DNA of 63,724 nt, filler included, from Candidatus Desantisbacteria bacterium CG1_02_49_89 (GCA_001871075.1; 6 parts of 6 records of this genome joined end to end with filler, not necessarily neighbours in it); one strand, 5' to 3'; positions 38,701 through 48,784 are shown, counted from the whole stretch's first letter. The notes: generated by a model not told the origin, from the letters alone. Numbers and translations: made by a program.

Positions 38701-41414
38701 ATGGATATCGAGGTAACCGGAGGAACGTTGTCGACTACTGATGTAATCGTTTCAACCTGGTTATCTGAGGACAGGCCTATGCGCGATACGCTAATTAAAG
38801 GATTACCTGAATTGCTATCCTTATAATATACGGTTCCTGCTCCGGCCGCTAGCGTGATGAAGTTCACGTCCGCCCAGCTTGTTGCGGAGAGTGAAAACTT
38901 TCCACCGCCTGAAGTTGTTATAAGCGATACGGTATTATTGAAAGAAACATCCTTTATACCGGAATTGTTCTGGGCTTCTATTGTTATCGCTGAAGATACG
39001 GTATTAACAGGAATATTGAACGGAGAAGAAACAACCTTCAGTTTTGAGGCAGGAGATGTATCCGAAACCTGCAAGTATTTGATCGTAATGTAATCATTAT
39101 TAGAGCCATTGCTGGAGAATCCGGTTACATATACATTCTTGCTTGGGTCTACTGTAATGCCGAAACCGCTATCGTCGTAACCTCCGTTAAACCTGTTTTC
39201 CCAGGCAATATCCCCGACCAAATTATATTTTACGGTAAAACCGTCCCAGTTTATTCCATTATTGGATTCTCCGGTGACGTAAACATTGCCAGAAACATCA
39301 ACAGCAATGGCCTGGGCGTAATCATTACTGCCCAGGTCGCGGCTCTTTATCCATATGACATTGCCGTTGGTATCGTATTTGATAGTAAGGTAATCGCTGT
39401 TAATACCATTGCTGGAGTATCCTGTAACATAAACGTTGCCGTTGGTGTCAACAGCAATGCCCTTGCTGTAGTCATTGCCCCCGCCGTCATATCTCCTCTG
39501 CCATAAGGTATTGCCGTCCGTGTCATACTTGATGGTGAGATAGTTACAATTAATATCTTTTGTATGACCCGCCACATAAACGCTGCCTCCCGAATCAACA
39601 GCAATGCTCCAGGCCTCATCGTTGTCTCCGCCGTCATATCTCTTTTGCCATAAAGTATTACCGTTGCTATCATACTTAATGGTAAGATAATCGGAATTGG
39701 ATCTTCCCGTGACGTAGGCATTGCCCGAAGGGTCAACCGAGATACTCCAGCTGTAATCATCGCCTCCGCTGTTATATTTCTTCAGCCATACGGTATTGCC
39801 GTCCGTGTCATATTTGATCGAAACATAATCATAATACGGGCCGTTCATGGAATAACCCGCCATATACACGTTGCCGGAAGTGTCAACCGCGATACCGTAG
39901 CCGTTATCGTGGCCTCCGCCGTTATAATACCTTTGCCAGGCTATCGAGGGAGGAGATTCGCTGAAATCCGCTATCCTGACAGTTTCAACCTGCATGTCCG
40001 AAAAAAATCCTGAACGGCAAACGGAAATAAAGGGATTGCCGAAGTTGCTATCCTTATAATATACACTCCCCGTTCCTGCCGTTAGCGTGACCTGATTAAC
40101 ATCCGACCAGCCTGTGACGGACAGCGAGAACCTGCCACCAGCTGAATTCGTTGCGAGAGTCACAGTGCCGTTGAAAGAACCATCCTTAGTGCCGGAACTG
40201 TTCTGCGCTTCAATAGTGATGGCGGGTGAAGGATCGTTTATATAAATGCTGAACGGAACAGAAGTCAATTTAAGTATTGAAGCAGGCGATGTGTCAGGGA
40301 TCTGAGAATATTTAATTAAAAGACAATCGTTATTCAAACCATTGCTGGAAAATCCGGTTACGTATACATTTTTACCTGCATCAACTGTTATGCCCAGGCC
40401 CCAATCATCACCTACACCGCAGTATATTTTCTGCCAAAGAGTATTGCCGTTCGTATCATACTTAACTGTAAGCAGATCCCAGTTCGCACCGTTTTGGAAT
40501 CCTCCCGTGATGTACACATTACCGAAAGTATCAACAGCGGTTGCCTGCGCGTAATCATTATTCCCGCCATTAAATCTTTTTTGCCACAGGGTATTGCCGT
40601 TTGTATCGTATTTGATTGTTAAATAATCGTAATTTAAACCGTTGCTGGAATAACCTCCTACATAAACATTGCCATTGGAATCGACCGCGATACCTTTGAT
40701 ATAATCATTGCCTCCGCCGTTGTATCTCTTCTGCCAGAGGGTGTTTCCGTTGGTGTCGTACTTGATCGTAAGGTAATCATCGTTTGCATTGACGGAGTGC
40801 CCCGCTGCATAAACATTACCGCTCGCGTCAACCGCGATGGCCCAAGCCTCATCAGTGCTTCCGCCGTTCCATGACTTCTGCCATACGGTGTTGCCGTTTG
40901 TATCGTACTTTATTGTGAAATAGTCAGAATTGGAACTTCCTGTCACATATGCGTTACCCAGAGGATCAACACCAATGCTCCAGCAGTTGTCCGTGCCTCC
41001 GCTATTGTACCTTTTCTGCCAGACGGTGTTTCCGTTGGTGTCGTACTTGATGGCAAAATAGTCATAGTTGGAGTCGTTATGCGAATGCCCTGATACATAA
41101 ATATTACCTGAGGGGTCGACCGCAAGACCAAAACCATAATCTTCATTCCCGCTATTGTACCTCTTAAGCCAGAGTGTATTGCCGTTTGAGTCGTACTTGA
41201 TGGTGCAGTAATCATAGTTTGACCCATTGCTGGAGTATCCTTCCACAAAGATATTACCGGTGTCATCAACCGCAACACTATAACCATTATCATCATATCC
41301 GTAATTGTATCCCTTCTGCCAGACCAACGTCGGCGGGTCTTCCGCGAAACATTGTGCCGCGGGCAGCAGGCACAGCCCTATCAGGATTAGGATCATATAG
41401 ATTTTCTTACTCAT
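35754..41414 (-). CDS. Large secreted protein: two SBBP beta-propeller+Ig modules, LamG, Big_1, FN3, T9SS-like C-terminal sorting domain
   Basis: IAVDxxGNVYVTG...TIKYDTNGNTLW repeats; WNHVAAVY...LYING...GIIDEVRIS; VYPNP...IYNLAGELV...VASGVYIY. Confidence 0.85.
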   Translation of the reverse strand: MSKKIYMILILIGLCLLPAAQCFAEDPPTLVWQKGYNYGYDDNGYSVAVDDTGNIFVEGYSSNGSNYDYCTIKYDSNGNTLWLKRYNSGNEDYGFGLAVDPSGNIYVSGHSHNDSNYDYFAIKYDTNGNTVWQKRYNSGGTDNCWSIGVDPLGNAYVTGSSNSDYFTIKYDTNGNTVWQKSWNGGSTDEAWAIAVDASGNVYAAGHSVNANDDYLTIKYDTNGNTLWQKRYNGGGNDYIKGIAVDSNGNVYVGGYSSNGLNYDYLTIKYDTNGNTLWQKRFNGGNNDYAQATAVDTFGNVYITGGFQNGANWDLLTVKYDTNGNTLWQKIYCGVGDDWGLGITVDAGKNVYVTGFSSNGLNNDCLLIKYSQIPDTSPASILKLTSVPFSIYINDPSPAITIEAQNSSGTKDGSFNGTVTLATNSAGGRFSLSVTGWSDVNQVTLTAGTGSVYYKDSNFGNPFISVCRSGFFSDMQVETVRIADFSESPPSIAWQRYYNGGGHDNGYGIAVDTSGNVYMAGYSMNGPYYDYVSIKYDTDGNTVWLKKYNSGGDDYSWSISVDPSGNAYVTGRSNSDYLTIKYDSNGNTLWQKRYDGGDNDEAWSIAVDSGGSVYVAGHTKDINCNYLTIKYDTDGNTLWQRRYDGGGNDYSKGIAVDTNGNVYVTGYSSNGINSDYLTIKYDTNGNVIWIKSRDLGSNDYAQAIAVDVSGNVYVTGESNNGINWDGFTVKYNLVGDIAWENRFNGGYDDSGFGITVDPSKNVYVTGFSSNGSNNDYITIKYLQVSDTSPASKLKVVSSPFNIPVNTVSSAITIEAQNNSGIKDVSFNNTVSLITTSGGGKFSLSATSWADVNFITLAAGAGTVYYKDSNSGNPLISVSRIGLSSDNQVETITSVVDNVPPVTSISIGNPKSVIGGETYVSLLTPFVLSVVDTGSGVASTKYRINNDSWKTYSGPFTFTGEGVSSETQAHLIYYYSVDNSGNTESVVAVPGLDPGVVALWHMDEVSGSSVADASSEANNGIATGTSITAGISVRARQFSTLSDYVVVPNDPSLQSSGSMTIEAWIYPTSFTSSEAKIVDKGDDSLSSNNEYQFFLESSGRVYFIMHHGSSFNQCFSTAAVSLNQWNHVAAVYNKAAGMMCLYINGVPDDTENNTYGANVLNYNVWIGRDEHYSSRRFSGIIDEVRISNTARSETEIRDAAAGEPRSVSVKLMHVVSETQSYAAAIPGTIIADGADSSRVSIHILNSAGQPLSGRIATIWTQRGPSYDDAAQPSATDANGMCTGFVSSSYAGTAVIMVSCEDKIFAGPVVTFVPVYFRFTTPAREIERTFASDTMTVEVQDETGTKMVQANYGALIASSSAAGKFSLDKVNWSAFNTMTLTLASGSASLYYKDSVCGNPVLTVSFGILADSQTENVTDTIAPLPPSGLSPALVSQNRVQLDWQISVSDDAAGYYVFWDSATGIIDYASPCTFTQHPLTAWTSGSLLEGVQYKFGVRARDITGNTENNTGMVAAITVPVDTSVIRAVIKVPQAGKKVSGNRLTVIAELINGSPWQVDNILFEYKPSADTAWISIPAANSNHPNPDRMFPYFVQWNVDLLPDGSYDIRAAATDVYGRTDSAPMYITIIVDQVDPDINEGENAGGDHEKKEKVDPALNNCVKVGNDEGNNVTAITIPGEALSGPTRISVTILSPSGAPPQQNSLVPADEFREFKLENGQTQLLGNTCAVVSMQYNDEDCDGFIDGTGVSEDRLCAYYFSTSGWPHWEKVATVVDKATKTCTFTTPHFSIFGLFGVASADLKTVKVYPNPCKSGSGGIYDAGKITFVNLTANATIRIYNLAGELVWEKANVSLSATWDLKNTSSAGVASGVYIYLIIDNLAGEKLAGKVAVIR

Positions 41415-41633
41415 TTTTTCCTCCAAAATATATATTTCATTATTACAAATCCCCCTGTTTCCCCCTTTTTAAAAGGGGAAGTTGTCCCGATGAATCGGGA
41501 CCGCTACCCTAAACCACTCACCCTGTTCGGGTTCAGGGCAAGCTGCATCTCGGGCGCAATGAATTGCGCCCCTTTAAAAGAGGGAAGATGGATGGGCGGG
41601 CAAGCCCGCCCCTACGCGCCCCCTCACCTGCCA

Positions 41634-42638
41634 CTACCTGCCTGCCATGCTTGTATTTAAAAGAATACCGGGCTTGCCGATTATGTCAACCTTACCGCCG
41701 CTAAACTCGGAAGCAGTCACCACCATCTCGTAATTCCCCGAATTAAGGACCTGTGTTACGAAATTCTCCGACCACAGAGAAGGAGCTGACACCACCTCTC
41801 CCCTGGTGCTGACTATGTAGTTCCAGATGGTAAGCGACTTGCCGTCTGCGAAAACCGTCTGGGTCTTATACTGGAGCTTGTCCTGGAAGGCGTAAACAGA
41901 CCTGGTCGCGAGCAGCGTTCCTGTGGGGCTTCCGCCGGAAAAAACCCCGCTGTAATAATTGCGGACCATCGCGTTATTCGCGGCATCCCAGGATTCATCC
42001 CAGCTCTTCGCCTCTGTCTTTATACCGGACAGGTAGTAATAATAGGTCCAGTCTTTTGTGACGGGATTATACGCTGATTCTTCCTTTACGTTGAGTTCTG
42101 AATTGACCATTGATCTCAGGCTTGCGAAATACTGTTTGTATCCTCCTGAAAGGACACTCTCGAAACTGCCTCCGGTTGCCGCGTATTTTATGTAGTCAGA
42201 GCCGCATGAGTGCTTACTTTCAAACTCGGTTAGCCAGTAAGCCGGCATTTCACTCCAGGACATTTTCAAGCCTTCCCTGGCAGCTGAGCTGAAATCCGAC
42301 GGAAGGTTTCTGTTGAACGTGTAGAGCGAATACATGCTACCGTAAATTTCCGCGTTCTTTGTCAGGGTGACAACTTTGACCTGGTCAGGCCTGGTCCTGA
42401 CAGCGTATTCCTCAAGCCTTATGCGATTGCCGTTCACGTCTGTCACGCACTTTCCCAGCTCGTAGTCGTAGTTCCTTGATTCCTGGATCCTGGAAGAACG
42501 CCGGGAATCCCTGGCGCGGTCTTTTCTCATTTCGTTCCTGTAAAAAGACTTATCCGTCGCTGCCGCGCCTGCGCAAAAGCAAAAAACGCAGGTCAGCGCG
42601 AGCAGCGCAGCCAGTAATCTAATTTTTTCTCTATTCAT
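41634..42638 (-). CDS. Secreted hypothetical protein
   Basis: Signal peptide; aromatic, beta-rich 334-aa ORF; no recognised motif. Confidence 0.65.
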   Translation of the reverse strand: MNREKIRLLAALLALTCVFCFCAGAAATDKSFYRNEMRKDRARDSRRSSRIQESRNYDYELGKCVTDVNGNRIRLEEYAVRTRPDQVKVVTLTKNAEIYGSMYSLYTFNRNLPSDFSSAAREGLKMSWSEMPAYWLTEFESKHSCGSDYIKYAATGGSFESVLSGGYKQYFASLRSMVNSELNVKEESAYNPVTKDWTYYYYLSGIKTEAKSWDESWDAANNAMVRNYYSGVFSGGSPTGTLLATRSVYAFQDKLQYKTQTVFADGKSLTIWNYIVSTRGEVVSAPSLWSENFVTQVLNSGNYEMVVTASEFSGGKVDIIGKPGILLNTSMAGR

Positions 42639-42762
42639 CTTCTTCTCCCTTTTATGAACCCCCTCACCCTGCCCCTCTCCCGCGAGGGGAGAGGATCAAG
42701 GTAAGTTTGCTATTTTTATTTTTCGTTGTGTAATTGCATTTACTGGACACTGGATACTGCAG

Positions 42763-43158
42763 TTAAAGGTATTTTAAAGCATCTTTCGCGATGCTGTCTA
42801 TTTTCTTATCCGCCATATTTCCATTTATGTCCTTCGCGGACTTCCTTGCGTATATAGAAACAAAAAGCAGGAGAATGACTGCCACTCCCAGGCCTGCCCA
42901 CGCAAGCCTCGGTAAAAACGGCCTCTCTTCTCCTGCTTTTGACTCTTTCAGCTTTCCGTAGAACCTTTGCTCAAAACCCACAGGCAGGGGTTCATTACTA
43001 TATATGCCTTTTATATCAGCATCAAAACACGAAAGTTCCTTTAATTTTTCCCTGCAGGCAGGGCATTCTGAAAGATGCGCCTCCACCTTCTTTTTGTCCG
43101 CCTCAGATAGCTCCCCGTCTATGTAAAATTCGATCATTTCGGGCCTGAAACACTTCAT
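42763..43158 (-). CDS. Zinc-finger (zf-HC2) anti-sigma factor
   Basis: C...YIDGELS...HLSECPAC plus one TM helix. Confidence 0.9.
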   Translation of the reverse strand: MKCFRPEMIEFYIDGELSEADKKKVEAHLSECPACREKLKELSCFDADIKGIYSNEPLPVGFEQRFYGKLKESKAGEERPFLPRLAWAGLGVAVILLLFVSIYARKSAKDINGNMADKKIDSIAKDALKYL

Positions 43159-43333
43159 TTCTTCCTCCTATATTATATAGATACATAATATTACGGAAAT
43201 ATTACAAAAAAATGAATATGTCGGATAAATCCGACCCCCGCTGCTCCGATATTACATCGGAGCAAGACGCGGGGGCAGATGCCGCTACAAATCCCCCTGT
43301 TTCCCCCTTTGACAAAGTGGGAAATGTTAATTT

Positions 43334-43540
43334 TTAGCGAAGATTTTTAAGTTTTATTCGCAGCATCTGCCTTGCTCTCATAAGCCGTATACCTACAAGG
43401 TTTGTGGATATCCCCAGAACGCAGGATATCTCGGTATATGACTTTTCTTCCACAATGCTCAGGATTATCACTTCTCTATATTTTGGCGGGAGGCTTTCAA
43501 TTGCCTTTGCAACGGTTTCTTTCCTGTGGAGTTTTTCATA
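43334..43540 (-). CDS. ECF sigma factor, region 4 (5' truncated; not in ORF track)
   Basis: AIESLPPKYREVIIL...KSYTEISCVLGIS...IRLMRARQMLR. Confidence 0.88.
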   Translation of the reverse strand, partial: YEKLHRKETVAKAIESLPPKYREVIILSIVEEKSYTEISCVLGISTNLVGIRLMRARQMLRIKLKNLR

Positions 43541-43640
43541 NNNNNNNNNNNNNNNNNNNNNNNNNNNNNNNNNNNNNNNNNNNNTTAATTAATTAANNNN
43601 NNNNNNNNNNNNNNNNNNNNNNNNNNNNNNNNNNNNNNNN
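43541..43640. other. Artificial contig spacer
   Basis: N44-TTAATTAATTAA-N44. Confidence 0.99.
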
Positions 43641-43993
43641 ACATAGTGTTCCTGCTCCTCGTGTTTTTTATAATCTCAACGACTTTCATGACCCAGCCTG
43701 CCATTAAAATAAAGCTTCCCGAAGCTTCAACAAGGGAGCTTGAGCCGACGGAAGCCGTGGTGATATTCCTTGATTCCCAGGACCGGCTTTTCATAAACGA
43801 GGAAGAGGTGAGGTGGGAAAGGAATCTCAAGGACGCTCTGAAACCCAGGATTTTCGCAAGCCGCGAAAAACTGGTCGTTATAAAGGCGGACAGGGATGTG
43901 TTTTTCGGGAAGATCGTAAGGCTTATGGACGTTGCGAAACAGGCCGGAGCCCAGAAGCTTGCCGTGGCTACCCAGCCGGTCTCCGAGCCTTAG
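43641..43993 (+). CDS. exbD: ExbD/TolR, 3' part
   Basis: Overlaps 32633-32842; VVIKADRD...MDVAKQAG. Confidence 0.9.
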
Positions 43994-44144
43994 CAAAAAC
44001 AGTCATGAGTCATGTGTCTTGAACAATGTATTTGATTAATGGATTAACGGATTAATGGTTTAATGGTCAAAACCGAGATATATTTCGTGCTTTCGTGATG
44101 CTTTCGTGCTTTCGTGGAAATCTTGAGAGTCAGCGGGTAAATAT

Positions 44145-44879
44145 ATGAAGATAAAAGAGATGACGTTCAACCACTTCCTTGGTGTTTCTTTCGGGGCGCA
44201 CCTGCTGCTGCTTCTTTTGCTTTCACTTTTTTCCGTCGGTTCGATGCAGAAAAAGATCTCCGTCATCGAGGTGACCCTCGTGACGCTGAAGGTTGAGTCG
44301 GGCGGGAGCCCTGCCCGGGTGCCCGGGCAGAAAATTTCGCAGAGAATGTTTACGGGAGGCGGGGTCAGATATCCGTTCAGGACGGAAAGCTCAAGCAACG
44401 TGGAAAACCGCCTGCAGAGAAAATATAACGAGCCTAACTATAACCCTCTCTCGTCCGTGCCTTCCATAAAAGGGGATGTTTCTCCTTCAGGGCTGGGGAA
44501 AAAGACAAAGCTGCCGCAGGGAGCGGAAGTAACGGCAAAAAAGGGCCCCGATTTCCCCTCGGGCAACGAAGCCTCTAAATACGCCGGCGAGAGGCTGGGC
44601 GTAAAAGGGCCCCTGGCTTCCAGGAGGGTGCTCTATTCCGAATTTCCCGTTTATCCCGAATGGGCGCAGAAAAAAGGAATAGAGGCAAGGGTCAAGCTGA
44701 AATTCTGGGTTGAGCCGGACGGGGACGTGGAAGATGTTTTCGTGGAGAAAAAGGGTTACCTGCAGATCGATAACCTTGCGGTGCAGTCCCTGAAAAGGTG
44801 GCGTTTTGAGCCTTTACCGCCGGGCCCGGAAAGGGCAAGGCAGTGGGGAACTATAGAAATGAATTTTGAGCTGAAATGA
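44145..44879 (+). CDS. tonB: Energy transducer TonB
   Basis: N-terminal TM with SxxxH; PVYPEWAQKKGIE...WRFEP TonB_C domain. Confidence 0.85.
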   Translation: MKIKEMTFNHFLGVSFGAHLLLLLLLSLFSVGSMQKKISVIEVTLVTLKVESGGSPARVPGQKISQRMFTGGGVRYPFRTESSSNVENRLQRKYNEPNYNPLSSVPSIKGDVSPSGLGKKTKLPQGAEVTAKKGPDFPSGNEASKYAGERLGVKGPLASRRVLYSEFPVYPEWAQKKGIEARVKLKFWVEPDGDVEDVFVEKKGYLQIDNLAVQSLKRWRFEPLPPGPERARQWGTIEMNFELK

Positions 44880-47800
44880 AGAAAAAGCTGGAATTAACAG
44901 TCCTGGTGATCATCCTTATATGCACCGGTGTATTCGCTGCCTGGAAAACGGGCTGGATAGCCAGAGGCGTGGAAACCGCTTTTATCGCGGGGGCGGAGAA
45001 AGCGCTGGGAGCGAAGATACTCCTTGGAAGCGTTGATCTGTACGGGAATTTCCTTATCCTGCGCGGCCTGGACGTCAGCCATCGGGATTACAGGGTAAAG
45101 ATAAAGGAAATAGTCGTCGAATACAGCCTTAAAGAAATGTTTTCCAACCGCATGAAACCTTTGAGCGCGCTGAGGAAAGTGACGCTCCAGTCGCCTTCGT
45201 TCTGGTTCAGGGAGATGGAATGGGAAGAGATAAAACCGCAGGTTTTTCCGTCCTGGACCGGTTTTTTCAAGGCTGCCCCGGATATGCGGGGGATCCAGGT
45301 TAATCTGGTAAACGGCAGGGTAGAGCTTGGCAAGAACGTCATAAGCAGCATAAATTTTAACCTTGGTTTCGACAGGCAGACAGGCGATTTTGTGCCCCTG
45401 CATATCTACCTGAAGGCGATGCTGAGATCCGGGGATATAAAGGTGCCCCTCAAGTTTAACAGCAGCGTGAAGTTCGGTTCTGACAGGGCAAAGGTCAGCG
45501 GCAGGCTGCAGATCGGCGCGGCTGTCCCGTACGTCGGTTCGGCAAAGATAGACGGGGTTATTTACGACCCGAGATCACCCAGGATGGAAATGGACGTGCG
45601 GTTCGTTTCAAGGTCCATTAGGTTTGAAGGTTTTCAGGCTGATTCGGCGGTTTTCACGGCAAGGATCGAGGGGGATGCGGGCAGTCCCGGGATAAAAGGG
45701 AAATTCAGCGCAAAGAGCCTGAATATCCGGGGAGTGCAAGCCGAAGGTGTAGGCCTGGAGTTCACCGACGATTCAGAAAGCATGCGGGTTTCCCTGGCCG
45801 CGAAATTACCGCAGGGCAGGATCGAGATGGAAAGGGGGGTGCTGAAAAAAACGGGCGTGCCGGTTTTTGAGGGCGGCCTGCTTTTTTCTTCTCCCGGGTA
45901 CAATTTCAGAACAGGCATTTTCTACAGCAGGGAAGCCCTTGAATTCTCCGGCATACTCCTCGAAATAAAGGGCGAGACCGTCCTTTCGGGCACAGGCAAG
46001 GGCAGGCTCACGCAGAAAAAACTTGAATCAAAATTCAATTTTGCCGAAGGGAAATATCCGCAGATCCTGCTGGACATAGATTTTCCCTTCGCGGAAAGCC
46101 TGGGCAAGAAGATAAGCGTTATTTACGGCAAAGAAGCGAAGGCGGACATAGAGCTGAAGGCAGAAAAAGCGGGGATCCCTTTCAGCGCGAAACTGGCTCT
46201 GACGGATCTTGCCGCAGGGGGATACAAAATTTCCGGAGACCTCGGCCTTTCCGGCAGGCTGCAGTTCGCCGGCAGCTTTGCTCTTGACGCGGGTATAAAC
46301 ATAGGTTCGCTGTCAGCGGTCCAGGCTAATACACCTTCGGCGGGAGGGATGAAATTCCGCTTAAAAGACACGGTGATAAGCGCCAGGTACAGGAACGATT
46401 CGCTGGTAATAACCCCGGAATTCATAAACGGAAGGGATGCGAAAGGTGAAATACTTATAAGCAACAATAAATGCGTTATGAACGTGACTTATTTTTCCGA
46501 GCCCATAATGCGCCTTACAGGTGAGATCTGCGCGTCCGCGGATACCGTTGTCATTTCGAAGCTGCGTCTGAACAGTACCCAGGTTGACGGTTCCCTGGGC
46601 CTGAAATCCAAAACCATCAATATAGCCGTAAGCATGAACGAGGAGAACCCTCTCCTTTTTGCCAGTATCGCGGGGATCTTTTCATCTGCCGCAGAAGGCT
46701 TCAAAACCGAAGAGAACGCCATAGTGTCGGGCAGCATTGAGATCGCCGGGACATTCGAGCACCCGGCGGTTTCCGGGACCATAGAATACAAAGGCCAGGC
46801 TGTCGACATGCTAAAGATCACAGACCTGAGGCTTGACGGCGAAACCCTTTCGTTCAGGATCGAGGCAAAAAAAGGAGACAGTACCTTTACGGTAAACGAG
46901 GGTCTGGTGCTGATCTCCAAACAGGATATAACCATCATGGTTAAGGGGGGGCTTAGGGTGCAGGCAGGCCAGGGAGAGAATCCCGCGTTCCTGGTAGCGG
47001 CGCCCTTTTATCTGAACGGAAGAATAACGGGGCTTGATAAGTCTCCCCGGTTCACGTGCGACGCGGGGATATACGACGCAATGATAAACAAGAAGCTGGG
47101 CAGGTCAGTTAAAACAAGCCTGAGCTATTCCGAGGGGAAGCTTGAATTCATACCCGCGGTTTCCAAGAACGATTATTACCTTTCAGGGGGCATCTCTTTC
47201 GGGGAAAAAAAGGTTGAGATCCGGCAGCTTGCGCTGTGCCTGGGGAACACAAAACCGCTGCTTGTCAGCGGCATTATATCGCTTTCAGACCAGGTGATGG
47301 ACCTTAACATCCGCTATGTTGAGAAAATGAGCAACCTCGCGATCTTCTTTCCGGGTGACCTGACCAATGCTTCCGGGCAGATAGACGTTGATCTGAATAT
47401 AGCCGGGGATATGGGCGATCCGGCATACTCAGGGTCGGCAAAGTTTTACAACGGCGAGCTGGCGTTCGTAGGAGTGAAGGACCCTGTCAGTGATATACGA
47501 GCTGTCGTAGATTTCGAGACCGGATTAATGAAGCTTGATTCAAGCGTGTTCACGGGCGGCACAACGCTTTTCTTTAACGGAGACATAGAGTACAGCAAGT
47601 GGGTGCCTGTGAAACTCAGCATACACGTGAAGAACGACTATAGGATACCTATGAGGGTGAGCCTCCCGAATTTCGCCGCCGGCGAGATCGCGATCCTCCT
47701 GGATATAGAAGGCAGCGCTGATTCAGCCCTCGCGAAAGGCAAGGTTAACATAATGAACATGGCGTTCACGGACATTCCCGGCGCCAAGCAGGGAGGCGGC

Positions 47801-48661
47801 GGCCTTGATTTCCTTTCGTTCCTGAAATGGGATGTTGAAATGGTTTTCAAAAGCAACAACAGGTACTACAACGATTTTGTCGAGGTGGAGATAGCAAGAG
47901 ACTCCGGTTTCGTGTTCAGGTGGGACGGCACCTCGATTTTCGCGAAAGGCAGGGGGGAAGCGGAAAGGGGCAGGTTCACCTACATGAACGCCGAATTCCA
48001 GGTCGTTAAAGGCTCCTCTTACGAGGCAGCCACGGTGAACGAGGACGGGGTATCCGTGATAAAAGGGTATCTTGACGCCAAAGGCACTGCCAGGGTTGGC
48101 GGCAAAAAGCTGACGCTTGAATTCAAGGGCGAGATGGGGAAGATAGAGCCGGTGCTTACAAGCGAACCGCCTGTGAGCAGGGCTGAGATGCTTGCTCTGC
48201 TGAACCCGGATTTCTACCAGAGCGATCAGGGCGCGATCACAGAGGACCAGTTCAGGGAACTCCTTAAAAAGGAGGCTCTGGGCATGCTGACCGGAGGCAT
48301 AGAAGCGCAGTATATCACAAAACCCATTTCTTCCGCTGTCCGCAGGGCCCTGCGCGTTGATGTTTTCAGGATAAAGAGCGAGATGCTGAAAAACATCGCC
48401 ATGGCCACTTCATCCGAGAGCGGGTCCATTACCCTTCTGACCCCGTTTGAAGGCTCAAGCGTCGAGATAGGGAAATACATTGTTAACAACCTTTACGTGG
48501 ATTATAAAGCTATACTGGAAAAAGGCGGTGTCCTGACAAGCGAGTGGGGAGTGGAATATACTATTATCGGGAACGTGAAAACAAGGTTCAACTACCGGCC
48601 CAAGGACGATCCGCTTAAAACCGAATATGAGCTTTTCTTAGAGGCAAGCTTCCGGCTTTAA
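44876..48661 (+). CDS. TamB/DUF490 translocation and assembly module-like protein
   Basis: N-terminal anchor, beta-taco-like repeats, LTSEPP...EIGKYI C-terminus; next to an Omp85 gene. Confidence 0.75.
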   Translation: MKKKLELTVLVIILICTGVFAAWKTGWIARGVETAFIAGAEKALGAKILLGSVDLYGNFLILRGLDVSHRDYRVKIKEIVVEYSLKEMFSNRMKPLSALRKVTLQSPSFWFREMEWEEIKPQVFPSWTGFFKAAPDMRGIQVNLVNGRVELGKNVISSINFNLGFDRQTGDFVPLHIYLKAMLRSGDIKVPLKFNSSVKFGSDRAKVSGRLQIGAAVPYVGSAKIDGVIYDPRSPRMEMDVRFVSRSIRFEGFQADSAVFTARIEGDAGSPGIKGKFSAKSLNIRGVQAEGVGLEFTDDSESMRVSLAAKLPQGRIEMERGVLKKTGVPVFEGGLLFSSPGYNFRTGIFYSREALEFSGILLEIKGETVLSGTGKGRLTQKKLESKFNFAEGKYPQILLDIDFPFAESLGKKISVIYGKEAKADIELKAEKAGIPFSAKLALTDLAAGGYKISGDLGLSGRLQFAGSFALDAGINIGSLSAVQANTPSAGGMKFRLKDTVISARYRNDSLVITPEFINGRDAKGEILISNNKCVMNVTYFSEPIMRLTGEICASADTVVISKLRLNSTQVDGSLGLKSKTINIAVSMNEENPLLFASIAGIFSSAAEGFKTEENAIVSGSIEIAGTFEHPAVSGTIEYKGQAVDMLKITDLRLDGETLSFRIEAKKGDSTFTVNEGLVLISKQDITIMVKGGLRVQAGQGENPAFLVAAPFYLNGRITGLDKSPRFTCDAGIYDAMINKKLGRSVKTSLSYSEGKLEFIPAVSKNDYYLSGGISFGEKKVEIRQLALCLGNTKPLLVSGIISLSDQVMDLNIRYVEKMSNLAIFFPGDLTNASGQIDVDLNIAGDMGDPAYSGSAKFYNGELAFVGVKDPVSDIRAVVDFETGLMKLDSSVFTGGTTLFFNGDIEYSKWVPVKLSIHVKNDYRIPMRVSLPNFAAGEIAILLDIEGSADSALAKGKVNIMNMAFTDIPGAKQGGGGLDFLSFLKWDVEMVFKSNNRYYNDFVEVEIARDSGFVFRWDGTSIFAKGRGEAERGRFTYMNAEFQVVKGSSYEAATVNEDGVSVIKGYLDAKGTARVGGKKLTLEFKGEMGKIEPVLTSEPPVSRAEMLALLNPDFYQSDQGAITEDQFRELLKKEALGMLTGGIEAQYITKPISSAVRRALRVDVFRIKSEMLKNIAMATSSESGSITLLTPFEGSSVEIGKYIVNNLYVDYKAILEKGGVLTSEWGVEYTIIGNVKTRFNYRPKDDPLKTEYELFLEASFRL

Positions 48662-48672
48662 TGGCGAATTAA

Positions 48673-48700
48673 TTGACAAAAACGCAAATCTGGATATAAT
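48673..48700 (+). promoter_or_regulatory. Consensus sigma70 promoter for bamA
   Basis: TTGACA-16 bp-TATAAT. Confidence 0.75.
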
Positions 48701-48784
48701 AAATTTCCTATATAGGTATGTCATTGCGAGCGATAGCGAAGCAATCTTGTATTTGGATTGCTACACAATGACATAAAAGGGGAT

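Noticed and set aside
39080-41330. SBBP repeats as a DGR TR/VR pair
   Set aside because: They are in-frame protein repeats with differences at all bases, not adenine-specific.
43165-43210. ECF-type promoter (TGTAAT...GTATCTA) upstream of the anti-sigma gene
   Set aside because: Plausible, but the region is too AT-rich to support without the sigma's known consensus.
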